A DNA stretch of 61,300 nt from Lachnospiraceae bacterium UBA3774 (GCA_002369255.1 DFFO01000104.1:1-61300); one strand, 5' to 3'; counted from the stretch's first letter, positions 9,326 through 19,267 are shown. Numbers and translations are program-made. Notes: a model not told the origin generated them from the letters alone.

Positions 9326-9373
9326 TGCATCCTTATTTGCTTGCTAAGAAAGCGGAGGGACAGCCCGGAAACA

Positions 9374-9837
9374 CCGGGTGCAGAGAAAGGGGGTATGTGT
9401 CTCCACTGCACCCAAAGCAGAGGCAAAACAGCGAACTCCGGGTGCAGAGAAAGGGGGTATGTGTCTCCTCTGCACCCAAATCAGAGGTAAAGCAGTGAAC
9501 TCCGAGTGCAGAAAAAGGGGGTACGTGCTTCCTCTGCACCCAAATCAGAGGTAAAGCAGTAAAATCCGGGTGCAGAGAAAGGGGGTATGTGCTTCCTCTG
9601 CACCCAAATCAGAGGCAAAACAGCGAAATCCGGGTGCAGAGAAAGGGGGTATGTGTTTCCTCTGCACCCAAAGCAGAGGTAAACCAGTGAAATCCGGGTG
9701 CAGAGAAAGGGGGTATGTGTCTCCTCTGCACCCAAAGTAGAGAAAAAACAGCGAACTCCGGGTGCAGAGAAAGGGGGTATGTGTCTCCTCTGCACCCTAA
9801 GCAGAGGCAAACCAGTGAACTCCGGGTGCAGAGAAAG
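9374..9837. repeat. tandem array of a 64-bp hairpin-containing unit (7 full copies plus a 16-nt partial copy)
   Basis: CCGGGTG unit starts fall at 9374, 9438, 9502, 9566, 9630, 9694, 9758 and 9822, a constant 64-bp period. Consensus unit is CCGGGTGCAGAGAAAGGGGGTATGTGTCTCCTCTGCACCCAAAGCAGAGGCAAAACAGCGAACT. It contains a perfect 10-bp inverted repeat GGGTGCAGAG/CTCTGCACCC. Confidence 0.95.
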
Positions 9838-9854
9838 CGGCACGGATTTATTGT

Positions 9855-9889
9855 ATAAAAATACGCCGCAGGCCTTTTGGTCTGCGGCG
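9855..9889 (-). terminator. rho-independent terminator of the minus-strand giant gene
   Basis: 11-bp stem CGCCGCAGGCC/GGTCTGCGGCG (one wobble). On the minus strand it is followed by TATTTTTAT. Confidence 0.75.
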
Positions 9890-9919
9890 CGAGAGATGAT
9901 TATTATAGAGGAAGAACGA

Positions 9920-12900
9920 TTAGCTTTGTTCTTCTTCGTCTTTCTTACTGCGTTTCTTTCCGGCGATTATAAAAGCTGTAACGCCACCGCCGATAAGTGC
10001 GATACTGCCGGCTGCAATGGCAATAATCGTTCCCGTTCCGAGAGAAGAACCGCTTTCCTGAGCAGCTGCTGTATCATCCACAGTTGTTACTTCCGCATCC
10101 TTGGTTTTGTCCGGTCTTTCGGGCTTGGGAAGATTAAGCGGACCCTCGGTAGAGTAGAAGCTGGCTCCGGCCCAGGCGCAGGCACTTGAATCATGAGCTG
10201 TGCCGCCGCAAACGACCGCAAGCTTGAGGATCTTTACGCCGGTGATATCAACATCGATAAATTCGCCGGACATCTTCTTTGTAAGGTTTTCGGACTCGCC
10301 GATCTTTACAAAGACTCCGTCGCCGTAATCAGCATAAATGCGGTAAATAACGCCCTGAGATTTGCCGGCTTTGCCGTTTGAGTTCGTGATACCAAGCGCT
10401 GAATAGAAGCGGTTTGCTCCAAGCTCGCTGATATCGTAAAGAGTCCAGGACTCAATGCTGTAATCTACGGGAAGAGCCGGGTTCTTCGGGTGCATGCCGA
10501 GTCCTTCGAAGAAGAGCGCTTCCTGCTCGCCGATACAGATAACGTCCTCGGGTTTTCCGTAAGGGTGATCTATAGTACTGGGCTGTCCGTAAGGATAAGT
10601 AGCGTTTGTGGTGTTGGACGAATCCAGATATGCAAGCTGAGTGATAAATACGCTGTTCTTGTCATATTCAAACGGCAGACCCTGGTAGAAACCGTCTTTT
10701 GAAGGATAATAGTTGTCGGTCGGCTGAGCCTTCGGAGGGATCTGCGGGCCGATGTGATTTGTATGAATATTTACCGAGCCTTTTTCGTCGTATTTGTAGA
10801 CGCAGGCATTTGCCCAGAAGACCGCGCTCGAAGCATGAGTGGAAGTCGCGCTTACAACAGCGAGCTTCAAGTATTTCGCATCGGAAATATCCAGGTCGAA
10901 TTCACCCGACATATAGCCCAGAATAATATCTGACTGTCCGATGAGCTTATAGCTGCCGTTTCCTTTGTAATCAGCGTAAACGCGGAAGATGGTACCCTTT
11001 GAATTGCCGTTTTTACCCTTTGTGTTGGTAAGTCCGAGGGCGGAGTAGAAACGGTTAACATCCAGATTTCTAAGGTCGTAAATCGTATAAGACTCTATTG
11101 AACCGTTTATCGGCTGCTTGGGATTCTTCGGATGCATACCAAGTCCTGTGTAGAAGAACTGGTTGTTTTTGCCTATTCTTGCGATCGCTGCCAGCGAACC
11201 GTAAGGATGGTTATAGTTTGTGGGCTGTCCTTTGGGATACTTGTCATTGGTAGTATTGGAAGAGCCCTTGTTGTCCATCTTTGAGAGGAACTGTACGGAG
11301 TTTTCAGCAGCCTTTAAGTTCTCGGTATAATCTCCCTTGCTTGCCTTGTAATTGAGCAGATAGTTCAAAGTGGAGTTGTTGGTGTGTATCTTGACAGAAC
11401 CGCTCTTTTGATATTTGTAAACGCAGGCGTTGCCCCATACAGAGCCGCAGGAGATATTGCTTCCGGTGGCGAATACCATGAGCTTGAGCTTTTTAACGCC
11501 TGTGATATCAACGTCAAATTCACCGGTTTTTGTCTTTGATATATTATCGGACTCGGCAAGTGGAATAAAATTGCCGTCGCCGTAATCCGCATAAACACGG
11601 AAGTAGATCGGCTCGCTCTTGCCCTTCTTGGCGTTTTCGTTGGTAAGACCTACTACTGCATAGAAACGGTCTACCTTCATCTTTGAAAGATCATAGGTGG
11701 TCCAGGATCCTTTTGTATTGGCTGCGGGCTTCGGATGAACACCGAGACCCTTCTTGATCTTCTGGGCCTTTTTGCCGATGATGATATTGCCGATTTCGCC
11801 GTACGGATGATCAAGGGTTGTGGCCTTGCCCTTCGGGAAGTCTTTATTTGTGGTATTTGAAGCATCGGTGTACTTCATATCCGAGAGGAATTTTACCGAT
11901 CCCTTCGCCGCGTTGACGTGGGTAGTATAATTGCCGCTCTTGTTGGGAGTATAGGTTCCCGGAAGAATGATTTTGTTTCCGGAGAAGGACTCGCCGTTTT
12001 TGTCATACTTGAATACACAGGCGTTCGCCCAGGCGGAACCTGAAGAATAATGGTTCTCTCCGGGAGCAATGATCTCGAGTCGGAGCTGTTTTGCTCCGGT
12101 AATGTCTACGAGGAATTCGCCGCTCTTTTTCATGGTGATGACATTAGACTGTGCAAGCAGCTTTGAAGAACCGTCTGCATAATCGCCGTAAACGCGGAAG
12201 ACAACTCCCCTGGAGGCGCCTTCCTTGCCCTTGCTGCTTGTAAGACCTACTGCTGCATAGAAGCGGTCCACGTTCATTTTGGAAAGGTCATACGTGGTAG
12301 ACGCAACATACTGCGCGCTCAGAGCTTCGGGATGAACGCCGAGGCCGACTGAAAACGCGGTATCTTTTTCACCGATCTTAAAGACTCCGCTGGTAGTGCC
12401 GTAAGGATAGTTCTTGGTAGTGGGCTTTCCGCCGTTGTTGATGGAATCTGTGTAATCGATATTTGAAAGGTACTTGATCGATCCCTTCTTGACGCCCTTG
12501 GCTCCGCTGTAATTGCCGTTTGATGAGGCGGTATATTTTCCGGGAAGGTTCGGTGCGTATTTGTTTGTTATAACTCCTCCGGAAACGGATTCCGAATAAT
12601 ACTGAGGAACCGGATCCTGTTTGAAGGTGTAGGTTACGTTATTTGTCGTTCCCTTAGCATATATGGGAAGCTTTACGGTATCTTTCCAGCCGTTGCTTTC
12701 ACTGAGACGGAATACGTAATCATCAGCCTTGTTTCCGATGTAAGCGCGGACGTTTACGTAATCGGGACGGTGCTTCATAAGATCGTTGTTATCGTTCCAG
12801 ACTACGGAGATATCATAATCTTTTTTGGGAAGATACGTAAGAGTTGCAATGCCGCCCTCTATCGAAACTTCGTATTCTTCGGGAAGTCCTTCGAATTCGA

Positions 12901-15310
12901 CGGTATAATCGGCTTCGGGTCCGCAGACTCCGGTGGATTTGTAAACACACGCATTTGCCCAAACGCTCGCGCTTGACCAGTTGTTTGTGCCTGCGGGATA
13001 AACAGCGAGTTTGAGTTTCTTGACGCCGCTGATGCCCACGTCAAATTCGCCGCTGTCTTTTTTCACGATCTTGTCAGACTCGGCAAGGAGCACATAGCTT
13101 CCGTCGCCGTAATCTCCGAATACGCGGAAGATAACGCCCTGCGAATTGCCGGCTTTACCGTTCGCGTTTGTAATACCTACTGCGGCATAGAAGCGGTCCG
13201 CGCCAAGAGAACTGATATCATAGGTGGTCCAGGATTCGCCTCCGGAAATGGAGGGGGCTTCCGGATGGACGCCGATTCCTCTGGTGAATTTTGTATTGTT
13301 TTCACCGATGATAAAGGAATCCGACGAGCTGCCGCCGTAGGGATAATTTACCGTGGAAGCGGCTCCCTTGATATTTGAGGATTCTATATAGGTAAGAGAA
13401 GAAAGCTGGGTAAGATTGGCATTTCCTGCGACGTCAGCCGCTCCGTTAAACGAACCGTCGCCCGCACGATACGCGCCGGTCGAAGTGGAATAAAGATCGG
13501 TCCACGTATAAGACCAGTCGTTGCCGGCACTTATTTCTTCGGCGGCTCCGAGGTTCTTACCGTCTTTTTTGAGCTGAACTTTAAGGCTGTCGGGGCGAAT
13601 GCCGGGCTCGTTGTCCGAATCGTCCCAGACTGCTTTGAGAGAATAGTCAATAAGCTGGCGGTAGGTACAGATGATGATGCGCCTGCCGCTGTAAACTGCC
13701 GCATAGTCGCTGGGAAGATCGGAGACCTTGGCAGTATAATTAACAATTGAGAGATCTGTTTCGCTTTTGTGCTTTGGAAGATCGGTCCAGGTGTAAGACC
13801 AGTTGTTTTCCGAACTGAGTACTGCAGAAAGACCGGTATCGGTATCGTCCGCAAAAAGCTGAACGTTCAGCGATGAAGGGCGGGAGGAAACGGTCTCGTC
13901 TACCCAGAGAACGTCAGTAGTGTATGAAACCTTCTGCTCGGCAGGATTGTAGGTACAGGTCGCCTTTATGACCTCACCGTCTGCAGAAACAGAATAGTAT
14001 TCGGGTTCCTCGGTCACAGCTACGCTGTAATTGATAGGAGTAGTCTGCCCGGTCTTGCGCGCGGGAAGAGACGTCCAGGTATATACCCAGCCGTCAGAAG
14101 CGTAAACTGAAACAGGGCTGCCGTAGGCTTCGCCGTCAGCATAAAGCTGCAGCTCGAGAGAAGAAGGGCGAACGCCGTAAACGTCATTTTTGTCGCTCCA
14201 GTTTACGGAAACCGTAAAGTCTGTGTCATAAACGAACTTATTTGTCAGGATTCCGTCTGAATAAGCGGCTTTGTAGTTCGGAACCGAAGCGGTTACGCCG
14301 TATGTTACTTCCTCACCTGCCGCATTGTACTTGGGAACGGAACTCCAGGTGTATGAAAAGTTGTTTTCCGCATTTAAGGTAACGGGGGCGCCTGTTTTAT
14401 TTCCGTCTGCTGTCAGATAAGCCAAAAACGAACTTGGACGGTAGCTTTCATTTCCCGCGTCGTCCCACACGGTCTGTACGGAAAAAGTCGAGCGCTCCGT
14501 TTTGTACAGACAGGCGTCTGCCCAGACAAAGGTTCCGCTGCTGTTTCCGCCGTCGCTGACCGTTTCAAGCTTCAAATATTTGTAATCGCGGATATCTACG
14601 TTGAACTCGGCCGTCAGGTAAGCTCTGATGCCCGTAGCATATGAAAGAAGCTCGAAATCGCTGTCGTCCGTGCCGTCCTTGCTGCCGTATACGTTGAAGG
14701 TAAGCTTGTAAGTATATGGCGAAACAGCCGGATTGACGTTTGACTGTCCGGTAATACCTACAACGGAATAGAAATATTCCATATCGAGTCCCTGCAGATC
14801 ATACACGACGGACGCGGGCTTCTTGTTGCTTGCAGAAACAAGCGCAGCCAGGCCCTTTGCATATTTGGTGCCGCGGTATCCTATGGCTATGTCGCCACGG
14901 TTGTAAACCACGTTGCTCGTAGTACCGTCGGCAGCTTTGATCTGAAGAGTTCTCGGACTGTTGGATGCGTTTACGGCTTTTCTGGAAGCGCCGCCGTCCT
15001 GGCTGACGCCCGTCCACACGAAAACGGTGTTGTCCCAGTTTGTGTCGAGCTTGAAATCACGGGGCTTTGTTTCACTCGAACCCGTACCGATGACAAAGCT
15101 TGATACTTTCTTTTCGGTGCCGTACAGGTCGGAAAGATAGGTGACGCTTTCCGAAAGCACATGAGCGTCCTTGCCTTTCGGAGCTCCGGAAGCTCCGATG
15201 TTTGAAACGGGAGCCGCCTGCGCAAAGACTGTGTCCGCAGCCGGTACGAACAGCGTGACTGTCATAACGACCGAAAGCACAAGACACAACGTTCTTTTCA
15301 TTATATTCAT
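9920..15310 (-). CDS. giant membrane-anchored surface protein (1796 aa) with six NPCBM-like modules and five CnaB-like repeats
   Basis: AGGAGG RBS and signal peptide MNIMKRTLCLVLSVVMTVTLFVPAADTVFA. Six modules are marked by [DEN][RY]F[Y][AS].[VL]G[IL]T and [VI][FY]RV[FY][GA]DY. Five repeats match V.W.D..N....RP....V.L..DG......L....W.Y.W..LP, the Cna B-type pattern. The C-terminus is a hydrophobic helix IIAIAAGSIALIGGGVTAFIIAG followed by KKRSKKDEEEQS. Confidence 0.8.
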   Translation of the reverse strand: MNIMKRTLCLVLSVVMTVTLFVPAADTVFAQAAPVSNIGASGAPKGKDAHVLSESVTYLSDLYGTEKKVSSFVIGTGSSETKPRDFKLDTNWDNTVFVWTGVSQDGGASRKAVNASNSPRTLQIKAADGTTSNVVYNRGDIAIGYRGTKYAKGLAALVSASNKKPASVVYDLQGLDMEYFYSVVGITGQSNVNPAVSPYTYKLTFNVYGSKDGTDDSDFELLSYATGIRAYLTAEFNVDIRDYKYLKLETVSDGGNSSGTFVWADACLYKTERSTFSVQTVWDDAGNESYRPSSFLAYLTADGNKTGAPVTLNAENNFSYTWSSVPKYNAAGEEVTYGVTASVPNYKAAYSDGILTNKFVYDTDFTVSVNWSDKNDVYGVRPSSLELQLYADGEAYGSPVSVYASDGWVYTWTSLPARKTGQTTPINYSVAVTEEPEYYSVSADGEVIKATCTYNPAEQKVSYTTDVLWVDETVSSRPSSLNVQLFADDTDTGLSAVLSSENNWSYTWTDLPKHKSETDLSIVNYTAKVSDLPSDYAAVYSGRRIIICTYRQLIDYSLKAVWDDSDNEPGIRPDSLKVQLKKDGKNLGAAEEISAGNDWSYTWTDLYSTSTGAYRAGDGSFNGAADVAGNANLTQLSSLTYIESSNIKGAASTVNYPYGGSSSDSFIIGENNTKFTRGIGVHPEAPSISGGESWTTYDISSLGADRFYAAVGITNANGKAGNSQGVIFRVFGDYGDGSYVLLAESDKIVKKDSGEFDVGISGVKKLKLAVYPAGTNNWSSASVWANACVYKSTGVCGPEADYTVEFEGLPEEYEVSIEGGIATLTYLPKKDYDISVVWNDNNDLMKHRPDYVNVRAYIGNKADDYVFRLSESNGWKDTVKLPIYAKGTTNNVTYTFKQDPVPQYYSESVSGGVITNKYAPNLPGKYTASSNGNYSGAKGVKKGSIKYLSNIDYTDSINNGGKPTTKNYPYGTTSGVFKIGEKDTAFSVGLGVHPEALSAQYVASTTYDLSKMNVDRFYAAVGLTSSKGKEGASRGVVFRVYGDYADGSSKLLAQSNVITMKKSGEFLVDITGAKQLRLEIIAPGENHYSSGSAWANACVFKYDKNGESFSGNKIILPGTYTPNKSGNYTTHVNAAKGSVKFLSDMKYTDASNTTNKDFPKGKATTLDHPYGEIGNIIIGKKAQKIKKGLGVHPKPAANTKGSWTTYDLSKMKVDRFYAVVGLTNENAKKGKSEPIYFRVYADYGDGNFIPLAESDNISKTKTGEFDVDITGVKKLKLMVFATGSNISCGSVWGNACVYKYQKSGSVKIHTNNSTLNYLLNYKASKGDYTENLKAAENSVQFLSKMDNKGSSNTTNDKYPKGQPTNYNHPYGSLAAIARIGKNNQFFYTGLGMHPKNPKQPINGSIESYTIYDLRNLDVNRFYSALGLTNTKGKNGNSKGTIFRVYADYKGNGSYKLIGQSDIILGYMSGEFDLDISDAKYLKLAVVSATSTHASSAVFWANACVYKYDEKGSVNIHTNHIGPQIPPKAQPTDNYYPSKDGFYQGLPFEYDKNSVFITQLAYLDSSNTTNATYPYGQPSTIDHPYGKPEDVICIGEQEALFFEGLGMHPKNPALPVDYSIESWTLYDISELGANRFYSALGITNSNGKAGKSQGVIYRIYADYGDGVFVKIGESENLTKKMSGEFIDVDITGVKILKLAVVCGGTAHDSSACAWAGASFYSTEGPLNLPKPERPDKTKDAEVTTVDDTAAAQESGSSLGTGTIIAIAAGSIALIGGGVTAFIIAGKKRSKKDEEEQS
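13477..14488 (-). other. block of four tandem CnaB-like repeats inside CDS 9920-15310
   Basis: Roughly aa 275-612, for example TVWDDAGNESYRPSSFLAYLTADG...FSYTWSSVPKY and AVWDDSDNEPGIRPDSLKVQLKKDG...WSYTWTDL. Confidence 0.55.
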
Positions 15311-15440
15311 AATTGCCTCCTGTAAGGAAATGTGAATTATATAATATTTTTCTTATAATAAAGAAGAAACTTATCTACAAATAATCTATCACATGCATAA
15401 ATGAATATGCAAACAGTTTCAGCCACGAGAGCCTATATTC

Positions 15441-15470
15441 TTTAAAAATGAACGGTCAAATTTGAAATTG
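15441..15470 (-). promoter_or_regulatory. conserved 30-bp upstream element, copy 2 (candidate operator)
   Basis: The minus-strand reading is CAATTTCAAATTTGACCGTTCATTTTTAAA. It lies 130 nt upstream of the 15310 start codon, in the same orientation relative to its gene as copy 1. It is also 72 nt upstream of the divergent ABC operon. Confidence 0.55.
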
Positions 15471-15542
15471 TATCTATATCAAAAAACCCCTATAGTTTAT
15501 AATTTTTACTAAAGTAAAAAGGAAAGGACCCGGAGGATGTTC

Positions 15543-16505
15543 ATGCGAAATGACAAAACAACAAAGGGAAAAACCGCAAGCGCGCCCATAGTTCCCGGAT
15601 CAAGGGGATATGTGCGCAAGCGGCTGCGTGAGAGCTGGCAGTGGTATCTGCTCCTTCTGCCCGCGCTCATATACATCCTTATTTTTAATTACGGACCTAT
15701 GTATGGTATTCTGATGGCATTTCAGAATTACAGACCCAGTAAGGGCATTGCGGGAAGTCCGTGGGTAGGATTCGACAACTTTATCAGGTTCTTTAAGTAT
15801 CCGTATTTCTGGAAGATGATAAGAAACACGCTTTCCATCACGCTGCTGTCGCTTGCCACCTTCCCGTGCGCCATCATATTCGCGCTTTTCTTAAACGAGC
15901 TTACGCACGTCAAGTTCAAAAAAGTCGCGCAGATGGTCAGCTATATGCCTCACTTTTTATCGGAAGTTGTCGTTGTATCGCTGGTAATGCTGATGCTGGA
16001 TCTGAGCAACGGTCCGGTCAACAACCTGATTGCGGCGCTCGGCGGAGAAAGAACCTATTTTATGGGTGAGCCATCGGCCTTTGCGCCAATATATGTTTTC
16101 TCGGGCTTATGGCAAAACCTTGGATGGGGGACTATTCTATATATATCCGCCCTCTCGTCCGTGCCGTCCGAGCAGATCGAAGCGGCCAAGATTGACGGAG
16201 CGAGCAGGTTCCAGGTAATGTGGCATATCAATATACCTGCCATTCTTCCCACCATCATGATCACGCTTCTTATGCGTATGGGACGTATCATGAGCCTCGG
16301 ATACACAAAGATCCTCCTCATGGACAACGATCTTGTAGCCGACGTATCAAACGTTATTTCCACGTATACGTACAAGGTAGGTATTCTTGGAGGCCAATAC
16401 AGCTACTCGACCGCGATAGGACTGTTCAACAATATTATCAACATTATTTTGCTGCTTTCGTTTAACCGGCTGTCAAAGAAGCTGACAGACATCAGTCTGT
16501 TTTAG
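15543..16505 (+). CDS. carbohydrate ABC transporter permease (LplB/MsmF-like)
   Basis: Multi-pass membrane protein with the EAA-loop-like segment EAAKIDGASRFQVMWHINIPAI. I prefer ATG 15543, which lies 6 nt after GGAGG, over 15537, which abuts the RBS. Confidence 0.85.
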   Translation: MRNDKTTKGKTASAPIVPGSRGYVRKRLRESWQWYLLLLPALIYILIFNYGPMYGILMAFQNYRPSKGIAGSPWVGFDNFIRFFKYPYFWKMIRNTLSITLLSLATFPCAIIFALFLNELTHVKFKKVAQMVSYMPHFLSEVVVVSLVMLMLDLSNGPVNNLIAALGGERTYFMGEPSAFAPIYVFSGLWQNLGWGTILYISALSSVPSEQIEAAKIDGASRFQVMWHINIPAILPTIMITLLMRMGRIMSLGYTKILLMDNDLVADVSNVISTYTYKVGILGGQYSYSTAIGLFNNIINIILLLSFNRLSKKLTDISLF

Positions 16506-16525
16506 TCGGGGCAGGAGGAGCGTTT

Positions 16526-17455
16526 ATGAGTAAAGTATCACTTAACAAATCTACAATAAAAAACACAAAAGGCGATAAGGTATTCCTGTTTATCGTTTAT
16601 TCGATGGTTATCCTTGTTGTTCTTTTGTGCGCTTATCCTCTTTATCTGACTGTCATTGCTTCGATCTCGGATCCCTATGCCGTTTACAGCGGCAAGGTAA
16701 ACCTGATCCCGCACGGTTTTTCGGTGAACTCATACAAGCTTGTATTTACGAACAGCGCCATCTGGAGAGGATACAGAAATTCGATTATATATACCGTGGC
16801 AGGAACTGCATTCAACCTGTTTTTGACTATTCCCAGCGCCTACGCGCTTAGCAAAAAGAGGATGTACGGCAGAAACTTCCTGATGACTGTATTTCTTATC
16901 ACGATGTATTTCGGCGGCGGAATGATACCGCACTACCTGCTGTACAAAAATATGGGTCTTATCGATACGCCCTGGATTCTCATTATCAATGGCGGCGTAA
17001 GCGTGTATAATGTAATCGTAACGAGGACTTATTTTCAGAACAACATTCCGGAAGCCCTGTTTGAAGCGGCAAGGATCGACGGTGCGAGCGAGCTCAGATG
17101 CTTTTTTAAACTGGTGCTGCCCCTCAGTGCGCCCATTATTGCCGTTATTACGCTTTATTATGCGGTCGGGCACTGGAGCGGATATTTTTCAGCCCTCATC
17201 TATACGCACAACCAGGAACTGCAGCCATTGCAGCTTGTGCTTAGAAATATATTGATCCTGAATGAGTCGGCATATACCGACGCGCTCCAGTCAGGAGACG
17301 CGGAACTGATAGCTGACGCGTCGCGGCAGGCTTATCAGGCATTAACTATGAAATATGCCCTGGTGTTCATATCCAGCGCACCTATGCTGGCAATTTATCC
17401 TTTCGTACAAAAACATTTTGTCAAAGGTATAATGGTCGGTTCACTTAAGGGCTGA
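16526..17455 (+). CDS. carbohydrate ABC transporter permease (LplC-like)
   Basis: AGGAGG RBS, hydrophobic multi-pass protein, EAA loop EAARIDGASELRCFFKLVLPLSAP. Confidence 0.85.
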   Translation: MSKVSLNKSTIKNTKGDKVFLFIVYSMVILVVLLCAYPLYLTVIASISDPYAVYSGKVNLIPHGFSVNSYKLVFTNSAIWRGYRNSIIYTVAGTAFNLFLTIPSAYALSKKRMYGRNFLMTVFLITMYFGGGMIPHYLLYKNMGLIDTPWILIINGGVSVYNVIVTRTYFQNNIPEALFEAARIDGASELRCFFKLVLPLSAPIIAVITLYYAVGHWSGYFSALIYTHNQELQPLQLVLRNILILNESAYTDALQSGDAELIADASRQAYQALTMKYALVFISSAPMLAIYPFVQKHFVKGIMVGSLKG

Positions 17456-17482
17456 TCCTGAAAAGATTTAAGGAGGAATAAA

Positions 17483-19249
17483 ATGAAAAAGAAAAGAAAC
17501 AAAGTCATTGCACTGCTGCTTGCGGCGATCATGCTGATCGGCTGTCTTGCCGGCTGCGGAGATGACGGCGAAAAGGGATCCGACGGTTCTGATGCCGGCG
17601 AAAACGGAGGCTCAGCCGCCGTACAACAAATTACGGACAAACCCGAAATAAATGAGCCGGTTACTTTAAAGATCCTGACACAGCGTCATGCCGGATCTAC
17701 GACCGACGCAGACGATCTTTGGTTTTTCAAGTACCTTGAGTACTGGTTTGCTCAGCAGGGTTATGACGTTACTATCGACGTTCAGCAGACGAACGAAGCG
17801 TCTACCGAAAAGTCGCTTCTTCTCGGAACCGATACTCTTTCGGACGTAGTCTGGGGTATCGGTCTCGGAAAGACAAACGCCGCCCTTTACGGAATGGAAG
17901 AAGGAATGCTTCTTAACTGGGCTCCCTATGTAAACGAAAGCCTTATGCCAAATCTTTGCCATTGGCTCAAAGAGTATCCGGACGTAACCCCGGACATCAC
18001 CGCTCCTGACGGCGGCATCTACGCGCTGCCTTATTTCGCTCCGTCACAGTATGCTTCCGGATGTTACGGAACTTCCGAAAGACTTTACTACAGACAGAGC
18101 TGGCTGGACGCCTGCGGAGTAAAGAATCCGACTACTCAGGAAGAATTTATCAATACGCTTCGTGCATTCAAAAATATGAAGCTTGCAAACGGCGCTACCC
18201 CTATTCCTGTAGTCAGTGCCGGATCATTCCTTGAAAAATATCTCTGGACCGGACTTGGCTTTTACGGAACCGAACCCAACAAATACGGTTCAAACCTTAT
18301 GATAAAGGACGGAGAGCTGGTCATCCCCGCATATACCGAATCTTATCGTGATTTTATTAAGATCATGAATACGCTGTATTCCGAAGGACTTTTGGCCAGA
18401 GACTACTTCAGCATGAGCGACACAACGGCCGGCGGACTCATGAGAGACGGCAGCTGTGGTGCGCTTGCATGGTGGACGCTTGAATACGTAGGCGAGGATC
18501 CGAAGGCCTTCGGAGATATCGTTTGCGCGAACCCCATACTGTTTGGAGACAACAAAGAAATACACGTAAGCAGACTCAACTATTTTACTGCCGACACTCT
18601 TTGGGCTTCTTCAAAAACAAAATATCCCGAGCTTGTAGCTATGATGCTTGATTTTATCTATAGCGAAGAGGGAGCTATGCTTTACCGTTACGGACCGAAG
18701 CAGGGAGAAGATCCGCTGGGTCTTGTTGACGGATGGTACTATGATGAAGATGGCAATATCACTACCAAGATGGTAGAAGACGGAACGTATGCTTCAATGG
18801 CAGCCTATGGCCGCGACCGCATCTTCCCCTTCGATAATGCCGGCCTTCGCCCCGCTGTCGTTTCTTCGGGAACAGGTGAAATGAAAGAGTTTACCGACTC
18901 CGTAACAGGCGAAAAGTACTACTGCATCGACAATATCAAGCTTGACGACAATACAAATGACGGACACTGGCGTCTGATTACTATTGAAAAATGGAGCGAT
19001 TATGCAACTTCCGTAAGACTCAACGGAGTTTATCTCGATTCTGATGACGCCACCTACGTATCCGATATCATTACCACCATCCAGAACTATATCACCAAAG
19101 AGTCCGCGAAATTCATTACCGGCCAGCGTGATATATCCACTATAGATCAGTTCTGGGAAGAGCTTGAGAACCTCGGTATTCAGGATTATCTTGATCTTAT
19201 GAAAGAATCCTATTCCGATTACATGAAATCGGTTTTCGGTGAGAAATAA
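17483..19249 (+). CDS. extracellular solute-binding lipoprotein (large LplA-type sugar-binding protein)
   Basis: AAGGAGG RBS and lipobox LIGCLAGCG. The ~590-aa size and its position after two permeases are typical of LplABC-type oligosaccharide importers. No ATPase gene is present in the locus. Confidence 0.8.
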   Translation: MKKKRNKVIALLLAAIMLIGCLAGCGDDGEKGSDGSDAGENGGSAAVQQITDKPEINEPVTLKILTQRHAGSTTDADDLWFFKYLEYWFAQQGYDVTIDVQQTNEASTEKSLLLGTDTLSDVVWGIGLGKTNAALYGMEEGMLLNWAPYVNESLMPNLCHWLKEYPDVTPDITAPDGGIYALPYFAPSQYASGCYGTSERLYYRQSWLDACGVKNPTTQEEFINTLRAFKNMKLANGATPIPVVSAGSFLEKYLWTGLGFYGTEPNKYGSNLMIKDGELVIPAYTESYRDFIKIMNTLYSEGLLARDYFSMSDTTAGGLMRDGSCGALAWWTLEYVGEDPKAFGDIVCANPILFGDNKEIHVSRLNYFTADTLWASSKTKYPELVAMMLDFIYSEEGAMLYRYGPKQGEDPLGLVDGWYYDEDGNITTKMVEDGTYASMAAYGRDRIFPFDNAGLRPAVVSSGTGEMKEFTDSVTGEKYYCIDNIKLDDNTNDGHWRLITIEKWSDYATSVRLNGVYLDSDDATYVSDIITTIQNYITKESAKFITGQRDISTIDQFWEELENLGIQDYLDLMKESYSDYMKSVFGEK

Positions 19250-19267
19250 AAAGTGCGAGGCTCTAAA

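Noticed and set aside
9374-9837. Possible CRISPR array (regular 64-bp spacing with a palindromic repeat).
   Set aside because: The 26-nt 'spacers' are near-identical to each other, differing at only a few positions, instead of being unique. No cas genes or leader are present in the window. It is a tandem repeat, not CRISPR.
9923-10039. Looked for an LPXTG or SPXTG sorting signal at the C-terminus of the giant surface protein, and at the ends of 1416-4616, 4818-9230 and 53238-56381.
   Set aside because: No such pentapeptide precedes the terminal helix (the sequence reads ...SSLGTGTIIAIAAG...). The other three proteins have no terminal hydrophobic segment at all.
9277-10189. ORF-track entries 9277-9498(+), 9333-9539(-), 9481-9843(-) and 9698-10189(+) across the repeat array.
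   Set aside because: They run through a 64-bp (non-triplet) tandem repeat and terminator hairpins. Their 'proteins' are frame-rotated copies of the same repeat, they have no RBS, and the last one runs antisense into the 3' end of the giant gene.
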